The notes under the pieces are model-generated. The model searched no databases. It saw only the letters and a program-made list of their open reading frames with translations, and was not told the DNA's origin. From positions 1 through 19,173 of the forward strand of contig JAQGDQ010001963.1 of NCBI GenBank assembly GCA_030141605.1: a stretch of 19,173 bases of DNA. The letters run 5' to 3'. Shown piece after piece: positions 1 to 10,719 of this stretch; the first letter of the stretch is position 1, and each line of letters starts with the position of its first letter. This stretch comes from Tubiluchus corallicola (Eukaryota; Animalia; Priapulida). A program made the translations under genes and the position numbers.

Positions 1-303
1 GAGACTTAATATATTTGAAGTCACCTATAATAAAGATGATTAAAAAATACAACTACTGTTAACAAAAATGGCGTTAAAATTATAAAAAAGATTTAGAATT
101 TTAGTTGAACTTTCTCCAAACAAAAACCGAAATCAGAGAAAAAATAGACAGCCAGGCTGAGGTTCGGCATTGGTTTTTGTTCTGTAACAATAAACAGGAT
201 TTGTAAAAAGAGGCAAACTTAAATTCCTATAAGATGCGCAATTCAGTTTTTATTTTGCTGCTTTGAGATGCGCGAACACCTTTTAATACGTTCATTGTTT
301 TAG

Positions 304-304
<1 letters not shown>

Positions 305-359
<55 letters not shown>

Positions 360-651
360 GTGTGTGTGTGTGTGTGTGCGTGTGTGTGCGTGTGTGCGTG
401 TGTGTGTGTGTGTGCGTGTGTGTGCGTGTGTGCGTGTGTGTGTGTGTGTGCGTATGTGTGTGTGTGCGTGTGTGTGCGTGTGTGCGTGTGTGTGTGTGTG
501 CGTATGTGTGTGTGTGCGTATGTGTGTGTGTGTGCGTGTGTGTGATTGCGTTCGTACGTGTGTGTGTGCGTATGTGCGTGTGTGTCATTGCGTCCGTACA
601 TGTGTGTGTGCGTAAATGTGTGTGTGATTGCGTGCGTGTGCTTTTGTGTGC
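305..651. repeat. (TG)n/(TGCG) microsatellite with degenerate 3' end
   Basis: Continuous TG repeat with CG/TA interruptions to ~544, then degenerate to ~651. Explains the HT/VC-rich ORFs at 227-655. Confidence 0.98.
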
Positions 652-1246
652 ATAAGTGTAATTTTGAGCATCTTCTTGAGAATAAACACTGGGTTATGGA
701 AATTTATGTAACTTGCGGAAATAATTCCACAGCTCTTAAAATATTAACATTAACATAATATATTTCTCTTGATAGTTTCCCTGCATCATTTATTATTTGA
801 ATGTACATTAGTAAACCAAGCCAAAAGAAATGATTTTATTAGCACTCTGCCTACGTTAGATTCCGACTATGTTTTCTCAAGCTGGGATAATAAATGCTAT
901 AAATGCTTTTGTAAATCTTATCTGGGATGAATTCCTATCGTCTTTCTCTCGATTATAAACAGTCTGTTGGTGATGAAATTTTACAACTCTCGTCGTGTTT
1001 TCTATATGCTGTTTTGTTTTTATTTATGATTATGTGAATTTGCATTAGAACTGGTAATCATGTTTATTATAATTGTACTCGCTGTTTTTCATTGTGTATA
1101 ATGTGTGTAAATTTTTGTTACTAAGTATTAAAATATGTTCGTTATCGTTTATTATGTATGTATGTAGTGTTGGATTATAATTTTTAACTATGTCTATTGT
1201 ATATTATCGTTGTCGTTCAATGTGTCTCATGCGTTCGATTCTAAAT

Positions 1247-1291
1247 TATATATATATATATATATATATATAAACATATATATATATATAT
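1247..1291. repeat. (TA)n microsatellite
   Basis: TA run with a single AAC interruption. Confidence 0.95.
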
Positions 1292-1611
1292 GTGAACATT
1301 TCGCCATGTAAGTTTACTTGTCAAAGTTGCTGTGCTTTTAATGTAAAAAGACCTACATATACACCTACGTTTGGCAGTCTCTACGAGAACCGGAAATCCG
1401 GCCAGCTCCAGTTTTTTTCTACTTTTCTGATTCCCTACTTTTGAAACTCGATACATTCATCTAGGTGTCTATTGTATACAGAGGTGCATCTAAGTGATTT
1501 GGTATCAACCTTATGTTAACATACACTGCTATAAACTAGTGTATTATATGTAATATATGCTAATTGTTACTATTATTATAACATTCTCTTTAGCATTAAG
1601 GTTTCCATATA

Positions 1612-2145
1612 TTGTTATTGTTGGCATCCTTCTGTCTTGGAAGACAATGGAGTGCGCGCCAAGAGAGTCAGTTATTGATCACATTGATGGAGCTGCAGCG
1701 TCGACTGTGGCTGAGCAGTCTGATCCTTGAACCACTGGAGTGGTCTCTCCAGGGCGCACAGTGGATGGAGACAACAGGAACCCCCTCTCTTCATCCCTGG
1801 TGCAGTCCAATGGAAAGCGGAGCGATACGTTTGGCACCAGGTTGGTTGCAGGAGCTGGCGGAGTTAGTGAGCATGCTGCACTGGTCCGCCTTCGAGACTC
1901 CACTCCTGATTTGGAAGGTTTACTCCTCTACACATGGCCGTTGGTCACTTGACCTCCTCTGCCCTCTAGCCGTTGGATGCTTGTGCAGCTCCTCCGCCTA
2001 GTGTCGAGATACAGTGTGGGCATCCCGCAAGCCTACAGCACCTGGTATTCCTAGGCGGTCACCCATCCAAGTACTAACCAGGCTCTACGTTGCCTAACTT
2101 CGGTGATCAGACGAGAACCGGTGTTTTCAACGTGATGTCGCCGTA
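1612..2145 (-). mobile_element. 5S rRNA-derived SINE (SINE3-type), copy 1
   Basis: Minus strand has a near full-length 5S rRNA-like head (2145-2029) fused without an oligo-T terminator to a ~420 bp body. The body ends in a small stem-loop (TGTCT-N4-AGACA) and a CAACAATAACAA tail. Body and head recur with high identity at 5576-6050. Confidence 0.88.
2029..2145 (-). pseudogene. 5S rRNA-derived head of SINE copy 1
   Basis: Reverse complement reads TACGGCGACATCACGTTGAAAACACCGGTTCTCGTCTGATCACCGAAGTTAGGCAACGTAGAGCCTGGTTAGTACTTGGATGGGTGACCGCCTAGGAATACCAGGTGCTGTAGGCTT. This is recognisably metazoan 5S rRNA with an A box and a C box (TGGATGGGTGACCGCC). The first ~3 nt are missing and no TTTT terminator follows. 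Confidence 0.93.
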
Positions 2146-2620
2146 CTACTTATTAATCACGTCGTAAAAAGAAAATTTTGGCAGAAAAGATGATTATGGC
2201 ACAGAATCAGCACATTAAATCAACGCCAAGTTGCCTACAACAGCTGAAAGTTTCTTCGCTCTAAGACAAATTGAAAAATAATCTCTTGAGAATAAAATAC
2301 TCAGAGATTCGGCGATTCGATTTAAGAAACAATGGTCGGTCAATTTAAACTCCGTCTTTTTGTTACGAGGCACGATTTATGCGATTTCTAATAGCAGCAA
2401 GACATTCTGTTTCATTGCTGGAATTATTAAAGCATAGACTGCATTAACATTTGCAAGGCATGCAGTTAAAACATCTTTTATTAAAAACAACCATTATTCT
2501 CATGCAGTATAGAGAGTCTCATGCACAAGCAGAATTTCATGCACATATTCAACGTGTCAGTAGGCAGCATGCATTGTGCTTTTATCAAGCTATAAAACTT
2601 CAGCAGACAGCGTACGTAAC

Positions 2621-3586
<966 letters not shown>

Positions 3587-3701
3587 ACGTAACATACACA
3601 TTGCGCGAGTCTCGTGTAACAAAACGTACAGTTCCCAATTCTTTGTCATTTTCATAAATGACGTCATTGATAATGTAGGTCTACATAGACTGTTATAATT
3701 T

Positions 3702-4061
3702 CAATAAGCTTTTTCACATTCCAGCGATTGATGATGATCGTGAAAAGGTCAAATGTTAAGTGTACCAGACAACGCACTTGTGTACACTTGACAACGCCTC
3801 GCAGCCCAAGCTATTGTAATAGTAACAGTTTTAACAGCTAGCTAGAACCTTACCTAGTTTTTTTCTTGTTCTCAAGCAAGATCTTGCTAGTAAATCACTC
3901 TAATGCGTAACTAAGTAAAGTCTACGTAAAACAACTGAAGTTACTGGACCGATACAGCAGACGGCTTTGCTTTATAGTTAACACGCGCTGCTGTGGCACA
4001 CAAAACCTTTGACCTGCAACAACTGCGCGTGCGCACAACGAAACTGTGAAAAAGCTTATTG
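3702..4061. mobile_element. Putative MITE with perfect 17 bp TIR (superfamily unassigned)
   Basis: CAATAAGCTTTTTCACA (3702-3718) and TGTGAAAAAGCTTATTG (4045-4061) are exact inverted repeats enclosing ~325 bp of non-coding DNA. No clear TSD. Confidence 0.7.
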
Positions 4062-4966
4062 TCTGTAAAGCCAAGTTATCTATATATCATAAATACAAAT
4101 AATATTAATATAATTCATAGATGATGTATACTAATGAAACAGTAGGCGTTTAAAACTGAGAAATTAACCCACAGTTTGCTTCAGTAAATTTGTCACACAA
4201 AGCTAAAAAGAAATAACATTAAATAACAGATAATTCCCGATTGATATGCTAATTACTTTCTCCAAAAATGCAGCATCAATTTAGTTAACTACAGCAATTG
4301 CGTTTTTTTTTAATTTTTAGAATCGGTTACGAATATACACACGAAAGTTACTAAATTTGAATATAAACTGGTTCTTATACGTTCGTTTGTGTAATATAGT
4401 TTTGCGGTGATGCTAACTCGTCTCTCTAAATGACAATGTGGAAAGCTGTTCTTGTGCACTGCGAAGTACTAAAGAAAAAGTACTGTACTTCACAGTGCTG
4501 TACTAAAGTACTGTTATTTTCATAAACTCATATCAGGTCATCCATCCAGTGCCAATCTCTTCAAATTGTTGCAGAACTACATAAAGTCTACTAAACGGTT
4601 CCCTAATTGATTGCACGTGTAATTGCATGTTGAACTGTAACCTGAATTATTTTGAATTTCGGACTTTTGAACTAAACACCAGTTATTGACCAATCATACT
4701 TTTGTATAGCTAATAAGATGATGTACATTGATAATTGTTTCTGGTATCTCTTCTGTACTCTGTGAGCTTTGTATATTTTAATATTTGAAGTGTTAACTAG
4801 TGAAGTATTAGTGTTTTTGAACTAACTATGTATGTAACTACATTCCTGATAACCAGTTGTATATATCTGTTCTCAACTAAGATGTTTTTGTAGCACAGTG
4901 AAAAAACTCCGATCAGTAATATTACTGTATGTTAATCCACTTAAAATAAATAAAGTTTACATATAC

Positions 4967-5133
4967 TGTGTGTGTGTGTGAGTGCGTGCGTGCGTGCGTG
5001 CGCGTGTGTACGTGCGTGTGTGTGTGTGTGTGTGCGTGCGTGTGCGTGTGCGTGTGTGTGCGCGTGTGTGTACGTGCGTGTGTGTGCGTGCGTGCGTGCG
5101 TGTGTGTGTGCGTGCGTGCGTGCGTGCGTGTGT
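4967..5133. repeat. (TG)n/(TGCG)n compound microsatellite
   Basis: Alternating purine-pyrimidine run of TG and CGTG units. Confidence 0.97.
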
Positions 5134-5575
5134 ATATAAATATTGTATTATTAGCACTAAAGGAAGTCTTATAGACGGCATCAGCGTTTGCTAGGTGGTC
5201 AGGTCAATTTATTATAATGGCTGATGCGCGGGATTATAAAGACTTCGCAAGACTAAAGTCACAAGTGATTCATTGGCTGGGCAACATTAAAATCTCTATA
5301 TACACTGTCTGCGGTTTCACTTATTGCAAGTCTTCTAATGTTTGAATGTTCATTATGTCCACAGCTCGAGCTTCACGTCTTTACACGGACGGACATATTC
5401 ACTTTCCGAGATTCATTAACCTCACAGGACAGGGAAGAGGCGTCACTAGGAGGCGTCACTAGTAATGTTTTATGTTGGCAGTGTTGCCATTTCCCAGGAA
5501 AACAAAAATAATCTATAAAGAATTTAGATGCAGCAACTTCAGACAGAAATACATGCAGGACTCGCAACAGACGAA

Positions 5576-6050
5576 TTGTTGTTGGCATCCTTCTGTCTCG
5601 GAAGACAATGGATTGTGCGCCAAGAGAGTCAGTTACTGATCACATTCATGGACCTGCAGCGCCGACTGTGGCTGAGCAATCCGATCCTTGAACCACTGGA
5701 GTGGCCTCTCCAGGGCGCACGCATGGGCAAGGTGTGTGGAGATCCTGAGTTGCCCCAGACAACAGGAACCCCCTCTCTTCCTCCCTGGTGTAGTCCAAAG
5801 GAAAGCGGAGCGATGTGTTTGGTACCAGGTTGGCTGCAGGAGGAAGGTTTACTCCTCTACACATGGCCGTTGGGTCACTTGACCTCCTCCGCCCTATAGC
5901 CGTTGGCTGCTTGTGCAGCCCCTCCGCCTAGTGTCGAGATACAGTGTGGGCATCCCGTAAGCCTACAGCACCTGGTATTCCTAGGCAGTCACCCATCCAA
6001 GTACTAAACAGGCTTTACGCTGCTTAACTTCGGTGATCATGGCTGTAGGT
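5576..6050 (-). mobile_element. 5S rRNA-derived SINE (SINE3-type), copy 2
   Basis: Colinear with 1612-2145 from the TTGTTGTTGGCATCC tail to the 5S head. Probable degenerate TSD GCAACAGACGAA (5564-5575) / GTAACAGAAGAA (6052-6063), 10 of 12 identical. Confidence 0.88.
5959..6050 (-). pseudogene. 5S rRNA-derived head of SINE copy 2, with ~28 nt internal deletion
   Basis: Matches the 3' three-quarters of 5S up to CGGTGATCA (6039), then jumps directly to TGGCTGTAGG, which resembles the reverse complement of the 5S 5' end. The internal control region is retained. Confidence 0.85.
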
Positions 6051-6351
6051 AGTAACAGAAGAACAGTCTGTAGGCAAAATAGGTAATGACAACACACTCT
6101 AAACTAGCTAAATTTTAAAATTAGGTGAATTTCTTTGAAAAAATATGATTTTTGTTCTACCTAGAGGAGATTGGAACAAATAAAACTTGCAAGTTAACTT
6201 AAATAAGATGTGGATGCATTTTAAAGGACTGCAATCGTCTTCAGTGAACAAAATTCTTTGAACAGCCAAGTAAGATGACAGAAAATTCATTTAGTTGAGA
6301 ACTGCGTAAAGTGTTAGGGAAGACCTGGGGAAAGAATAGATCGAAAGTGTA

Positions 6352-6395
6352 GGGAATTTCGCCAAGTACCTCGTTGGTCACGTGACCACGGTCAC
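6352..6395. promoter_or_regulatory. Candidate cis-regulatory cluster: extended E-box palindrome plus kappaB-like site
   Basis: TGGTCACGTGACCA (6375-6388) is a perfect 14 bp palindrome containing the USF/MiT-TFE (CLEAR-type) motif GTCACGTGAC. GGGAATTTCG (6352-6361) is a 9/10 match to GGGRNYYYCC. Motif match only. Confidence 0.35.
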
Positions 6396-7271
6396 TCACC
6401 TGTGCAGATCTGTTTCTACCTGGGCAAGTGAGTTAGTTGGTAGACGTTAACAGGCTTCTTTAAAAGTAGTTTTTCACGGTATGATAGTGGCATAATTTGT
6501 CAGATATAATGGTAAATACTAGATTTGCTTTATGGAGACATACGATGTAAGTAAATACACCATTTTATATTATTTTGATTGAACTGATCACCCTGAACAT
6601 TTTAGTTTAATTAATGACAATCTTATAATTTGATAGAACGTGTTACATAGTATAAATTAGTAAAATTACCAAATTAGGTTTACTTAATGTTTGTGTTTAG
6701 TAAAGTCTGGAACTACAGAATTTAATGCAAATTTGTAAAATAGCCTTTTTTATTATTTTTTTCAATAGAAATGACGTATAAAACGCTACAATATTTTGTT
6801 GGAATATGGCGGACATTAATTGTAGTACATTAGTAAATCCGATTAGTAATTGGACGAGTGACCATGAAACGCTTCTGAGCAGTTTTATCTGACAAGACTC
6901 TTTACTTGTATTATCTGGGCTATATTGTATTTCTGTTTGTATTTATACATATATATATAACTGTATTTACTGTATTTGTAACTGTATTTGTATTTACTTT
7001 ACTGGATTTATCTGTGTTTTAGTCACATTATTGTAAGGTGCGGAAATGAATAAACTCTTGAAACCGTCTCTGTGGCAGTTGAACTATTAATTTCATCAGT
7101 GCATCGCCATGCAATAGCTCTCTGTAAGCAAACGTTAGCTTCCCCACGTATATAAAGACCTACAGATAATGCTCAACGTATTCCAGTATCTTTCTTGTAG
7201 TCAATATAAACCTTACTACTTTGCTTTACACTGACTGTACAGATTTGTGAACTACGAAATGTATTTGGCCC

Positions 7272-7627
7272 TAGGGGCGCATGAAGTCGTTACGACACCC
7301 TAACACAACTGTGAATTTATCCTTGTTTATGTAATGAGCATGTTAAACAATTACTTGTGGCGTGTTAGAAACACTATTAAACTAATTTCTGGGTGGTCAT
7401 TATTAATTACATGTATTTGCATAGCGCTTATATTCAAGCAGGCTGAGCAACTGCTTGTTGTGTAATACGTTGCACCTGTTCGTTGTGTGGACTTTTATAA
7501 AAGCAAACTCAGTAACTACTTGTGGTGTATAAAATGCTGACTTTACATAAATATGAAAGGATACACGCCCTCAAACTTTGGCGCCCCAGGCTGTAGCCTA
7601 GTTACCCTATTGGTCAATACGCCCCTG
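7272..7627. mobile_element. hAT-like MITE with 8 bp TSD
   Basis: TIR TAGGGGCGCAT / ATACGCCCCTG (9 of 11 matching), flanked by a perfect 8 bp direct repeat TTTGGCCC (7264-7271, 7628-7635). An 8 bp TSD with YAG termini is typical of hAT. Confidence 0.85.
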
Positions 7628-7960
7628 TTTGGCCCACAGATTAACAATTATTATTTTAATTTACACATACCATTGACTCAGCACTAACAGAACTGAAAGC
7701 GGTCACATCCAAAGTGCAGTTGACCACGGTTGGAATGCCATCTGAAAATTAAGCAACTAACTATACCAAAGACCTGTTAGTACCGAGTTAGTTTGAATCA
7801 TCTTTCCTAGTTAGTTAAGTTAGTTTGAGTTAAACTAAAAAATTGACACGAAAGTCAAAACTGTTCGAAAACAACATCTAGTTGTCGTGTCCTTTTGCGT
7901 CAATGATATTAGGTTTTGTCGTCAACGTTTTGCAAACATAATAATGTTGTCTTCCTTCAG

Positions 7961-8090
7961 ACATGATTAAACAAGTCACGTGCCACGCAGGTCAAAAAAC
8001 ACACAAAGTGTGCAACTAAAAGGGTGTCCATATTATTCGCCTGGAGGTTACCATAGCTTTTAGTTTTAGTTATATCACCAGTGAAGGCAG
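7961..8090 (+). other. Possible non-coding (UTR/lncRNA) exon
   Basis: Preceded by a pyrimidine tract plus CAG (TTGTCTTCCTTCAG, ends 7960) and followed by CAG|GTAAGA (GT at 8091). 130 nt long with stops in all three frames. Confidence 0.25.
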
Positions 8091-8212
8091 GTAAGAAAAT
8101 AAATAAATAAATAAATAAGAGAGGTTAACATGTTTAACTAAAAATAATTAGTAAACTAGTTAACAAAAATGATTTATTTACGTATTCATTGGTGTTAATA
8201 TTTCGCATAGAA

Positions 8213-8695
8213 CAGGGGTGTGCTAATTATCCGGGCCAACATTAAACTTTCCCGCAATTCCTGCGGGCTACAGGCAGTTTGATCAAGGAGCCAAGTACAG
8301 AAAGTACAGAAAGACCTAATAAGGATTTTTTGCATCCGACTTGCGTACATCATTACTACTACACTCAAGAAACTATTTTAGAAGTTATTAAAATTGATAT
8401 TACAAACCATATATTTCTACTTTCAGGACAGATAGTGGTAATTTCATTACAATGTATATTAGTAATGTGTATCACACAGTCTGTGTAGTACAGTGACGTT
8501 AAGCTACAACCGTCTTGTAAGGGTTAATGGCATCCGATCTAGTAGAAAAAACTACCCGCACTATCTTTGGGATCGTGGCACGGACTTCAGCTGGATACAC
8601 TCAATTAATCGCCCGGGCCGCACTTTCATTTGGTTGACAAATGTCTTCGCGGGTCGCACAAATTCTGTCGGCGCGCCGCAATTTGCACACCCCTG
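8213..8695. mobile_element. hAT (Charlie-like) MITE
   Basis: TIR CAGGGGTGTGCTAATT / AATTTGCACACCCCTG (15 of 16 matching). Several GCGGGCCGCA-like subterminal motifs (GCGGGCTACA, CCGGGCCGCA, GCGGGTCGCA). TSD is degraded (GCATAGAA vs GCAAAATG). Confidence 0.8.
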
Positions 8696-9132
8696 GCAAA
8701 ATGTACATATAATGTCTAATATAAACGTAGAATAATGTACATGGAAAAATTCCTACGCCCACGTAGCAATGTTAATACTACAGTACTTTCGGTTAACGCT
8801 TTTCCGTTCCAAGCATATTTGGAACAGAGAACGATTAATTTCGCAAGGAGACTGTAAAGGTAAAATAATATTTTAATTAAACATATTGTAAATCATTATT
8901 ATCACGAGTACTTCAAGGTTTGAAACAATGTATGAAATTTTGGATATAAGCAAGAATTAATTATTGGTAAACTTAAGTAAAAGATCAGTCAAATCTGTTG
9001 CCATTCGTAACTTTCTAAACAGCATGCAAAATGACCAGTTAGAATCAATTACTGTGATTGAAATTTTGTATGAAGCGAATGCCCACAGGAGTTTCATTTT
9101 TAATATTGTTGCGAACACCCCTCCCCCGTGGG

Positions 9133-9155
9133 AGCCGCCAGGGGGTCAAAGGTCG
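9133..9155 (+). promoter_or_regulatory. CTCF-like motif overlapping a DR1 nuclear-receptor-like element
   Basis: AGCCGCCAGGGGGTC resembles the CTCF core (GCCRCCAGRKGGC). GGGTCA-A-AGGTCG (9143-9155) resembles AGGTCA-n-AGGTCA. Lies in a local GC-rich patch. Motif match only. Confidence 0.35.
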
Positions 9156-9367
9156 CGAAGACGGCTGAGCAGTCACCCTTCGTATGACCACGGTGCATCC
9201 TACTAGATAGAGTACACCAGAAAGAAACACTAAAGATTATTAATTAGGTTCAAACTATGCCGTACCTACCTAAATGACAACCACGGAAAGTGCAGCACAC
9301 GTGGTGGACGTGACAACCACGACAGAGACGTAGAAAATTACGTGCTCACTTCTTTTATAGCAAACGG

Positions 9368-9379
9368 TGCGCATGCGCA
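9368..9379. promoter_or_regulatory. NRF1/EWG-type palindrome
   Basis: Perfect TGCGCATGCGCA. Motif match only. Confidence 0.3.
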
Positions 9380-9950
9380 AAGCCAACCCTTATTAAGCGT
9401 GCCCGCAACAATATTAATGTATTTTAAATTATTCACCTACAAACTATTTCGCCTCTTACTGATATTTTTACAGTTGTGCTAGTTTTTAATAATGTATTTT
9501 ATCTTTCTTTATATATACACATGTTACCTATTTTAATAGAGGAACTGTACTTTTTTGTATGAAAAAATTCAGTATCTGTAAGTAAATAAATGAATTAATT
9601 AAAGTCAACTAACATGATTTTATCTTTGCTAATATATGAAGAGTATAAAAGAGAGTAAAATTAAGAGTAAGAGAGTAAAAATTCAAAAAGCGGATGTTAT
9701 TTATGTCAGGGAATATTTACTAAAACAGTGTAGAGAACCCCTCGAGGAAAATCTACAGACGGAAATCTACCGTCGGAATCTCAGAAGGAAAATGAACTCT
9801 TTGTGTTCGGTGTTACTAAAACAAAGCTAAATTCAATCAACATTTACCAAACAAATGGACGATAAAACCAAATTCCAAAACTGTATAAAATGCCACAATT
9901 AAGAAACGATGCATTCTATATTATTACTATTGTTATGTCATTGTGTTATA

Positions 9951-10719
9951 CAGATTTTACATGTCAAATGTAGACCTGCGTTAACTCAAATGTAGATTTA
10001 GTTAATTCAAGTGTGTCTTGGTAACTCAAATGTAGATTTAGGTAATTCAAATGTGTCTTGGTAACTCAAATGTAGACTTGGGTAGTTCAAATGAGTCTTG
10101 GTAACTCAAATGTAGACTTAGGTAATTCAAATGTGTTAACAATGGTTTTCAACAAATCTTGAGTGCTTTTGGTAAGTCAAATGTAGACACATGTCAAGTC
10201 AAATGTGACATTGGTATCTCAAATGTGGATAGGTGGTAAAGCTTAAAGATGTTAAATTTATTCTCCTTTAATCTCAATTTAATAATTGCTCTTAAGTTAA
10301 AATAACAACTTTATAGGTCTACTAATAGTTCACTAATATTCTGCAAACTTTACATACCATTGGAACTGTTAGAGAAAACAATACATTCTTAAAATAAACA
10401 ATGTTTCTTGAGAAAAACTAATTCATTAACGCAGTGCTAATGCATTACTTAAGAAACTAATTAGTGATTCACTGTTCATTGGGAAGTGATGCTGCTGATA
10501 GCACCATGACCATAAAATATAATTTTAATTTCGTTATATCTTTCGTAATTTGCACTTAAATGAGTTAATTACCGATTTAATCAAAGTACCGCATCTACAT
10601 TTGACTTACCTAAGTCACATTTGAGTTACCAAAACACATTCGAAATTCCCATGTCTACATTTGACTTACCTAAGTCACATTTGAACTTTCCTGTGTCCGC
10701 ATTTGACGTGTGAAACCTA
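9951..10719. mobile_element. Foldback-like MITE with modular inverted arms and TA TSD (Tc1/mariner-like termini)
   Basis: Left end CAGATTTTACATGTCAAATGTAGAC vs right end GTCCGCATTTGACGTGTGAAACCTA (inverted, 19 of 25 matching), with TA on both flanks (9949-9950, 10720-10721). About a dozen ~19-21 bp units with core TCAAATGT lie at 9964-10230, and about six inverted units (CATTTGA) at 10595-10707. Confidence 0.8.

Noticed and set aside
1612-2001. 129 aa ORF and its 123 aa counterpart at 5528-5899 as paralogous genes
   Set aside because: Both lie antisense in the SINE body. The indel between copies shifts the frame at the C-terminus, and no domain is recognisable.
2029-2145. Functional 5S rRNA gene
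   Set aside because: The 5' end is incomplete, there are substitutions, no oligo-T terminator follows, it is not in a tandem 5S array, and it is fused to a body shared with a second, deleted copy.
5437-5462. 13 bp tandem duplication GAGGCGTCACTAG x2
   Set aside because: Real, but an ordinary local duplication with no evidence of function.
9163-9174. GGCTGAGCAGTC shared with the SINE body (~1709)
   Set aside because: A 12 bp match with no extension, compatible with chance.
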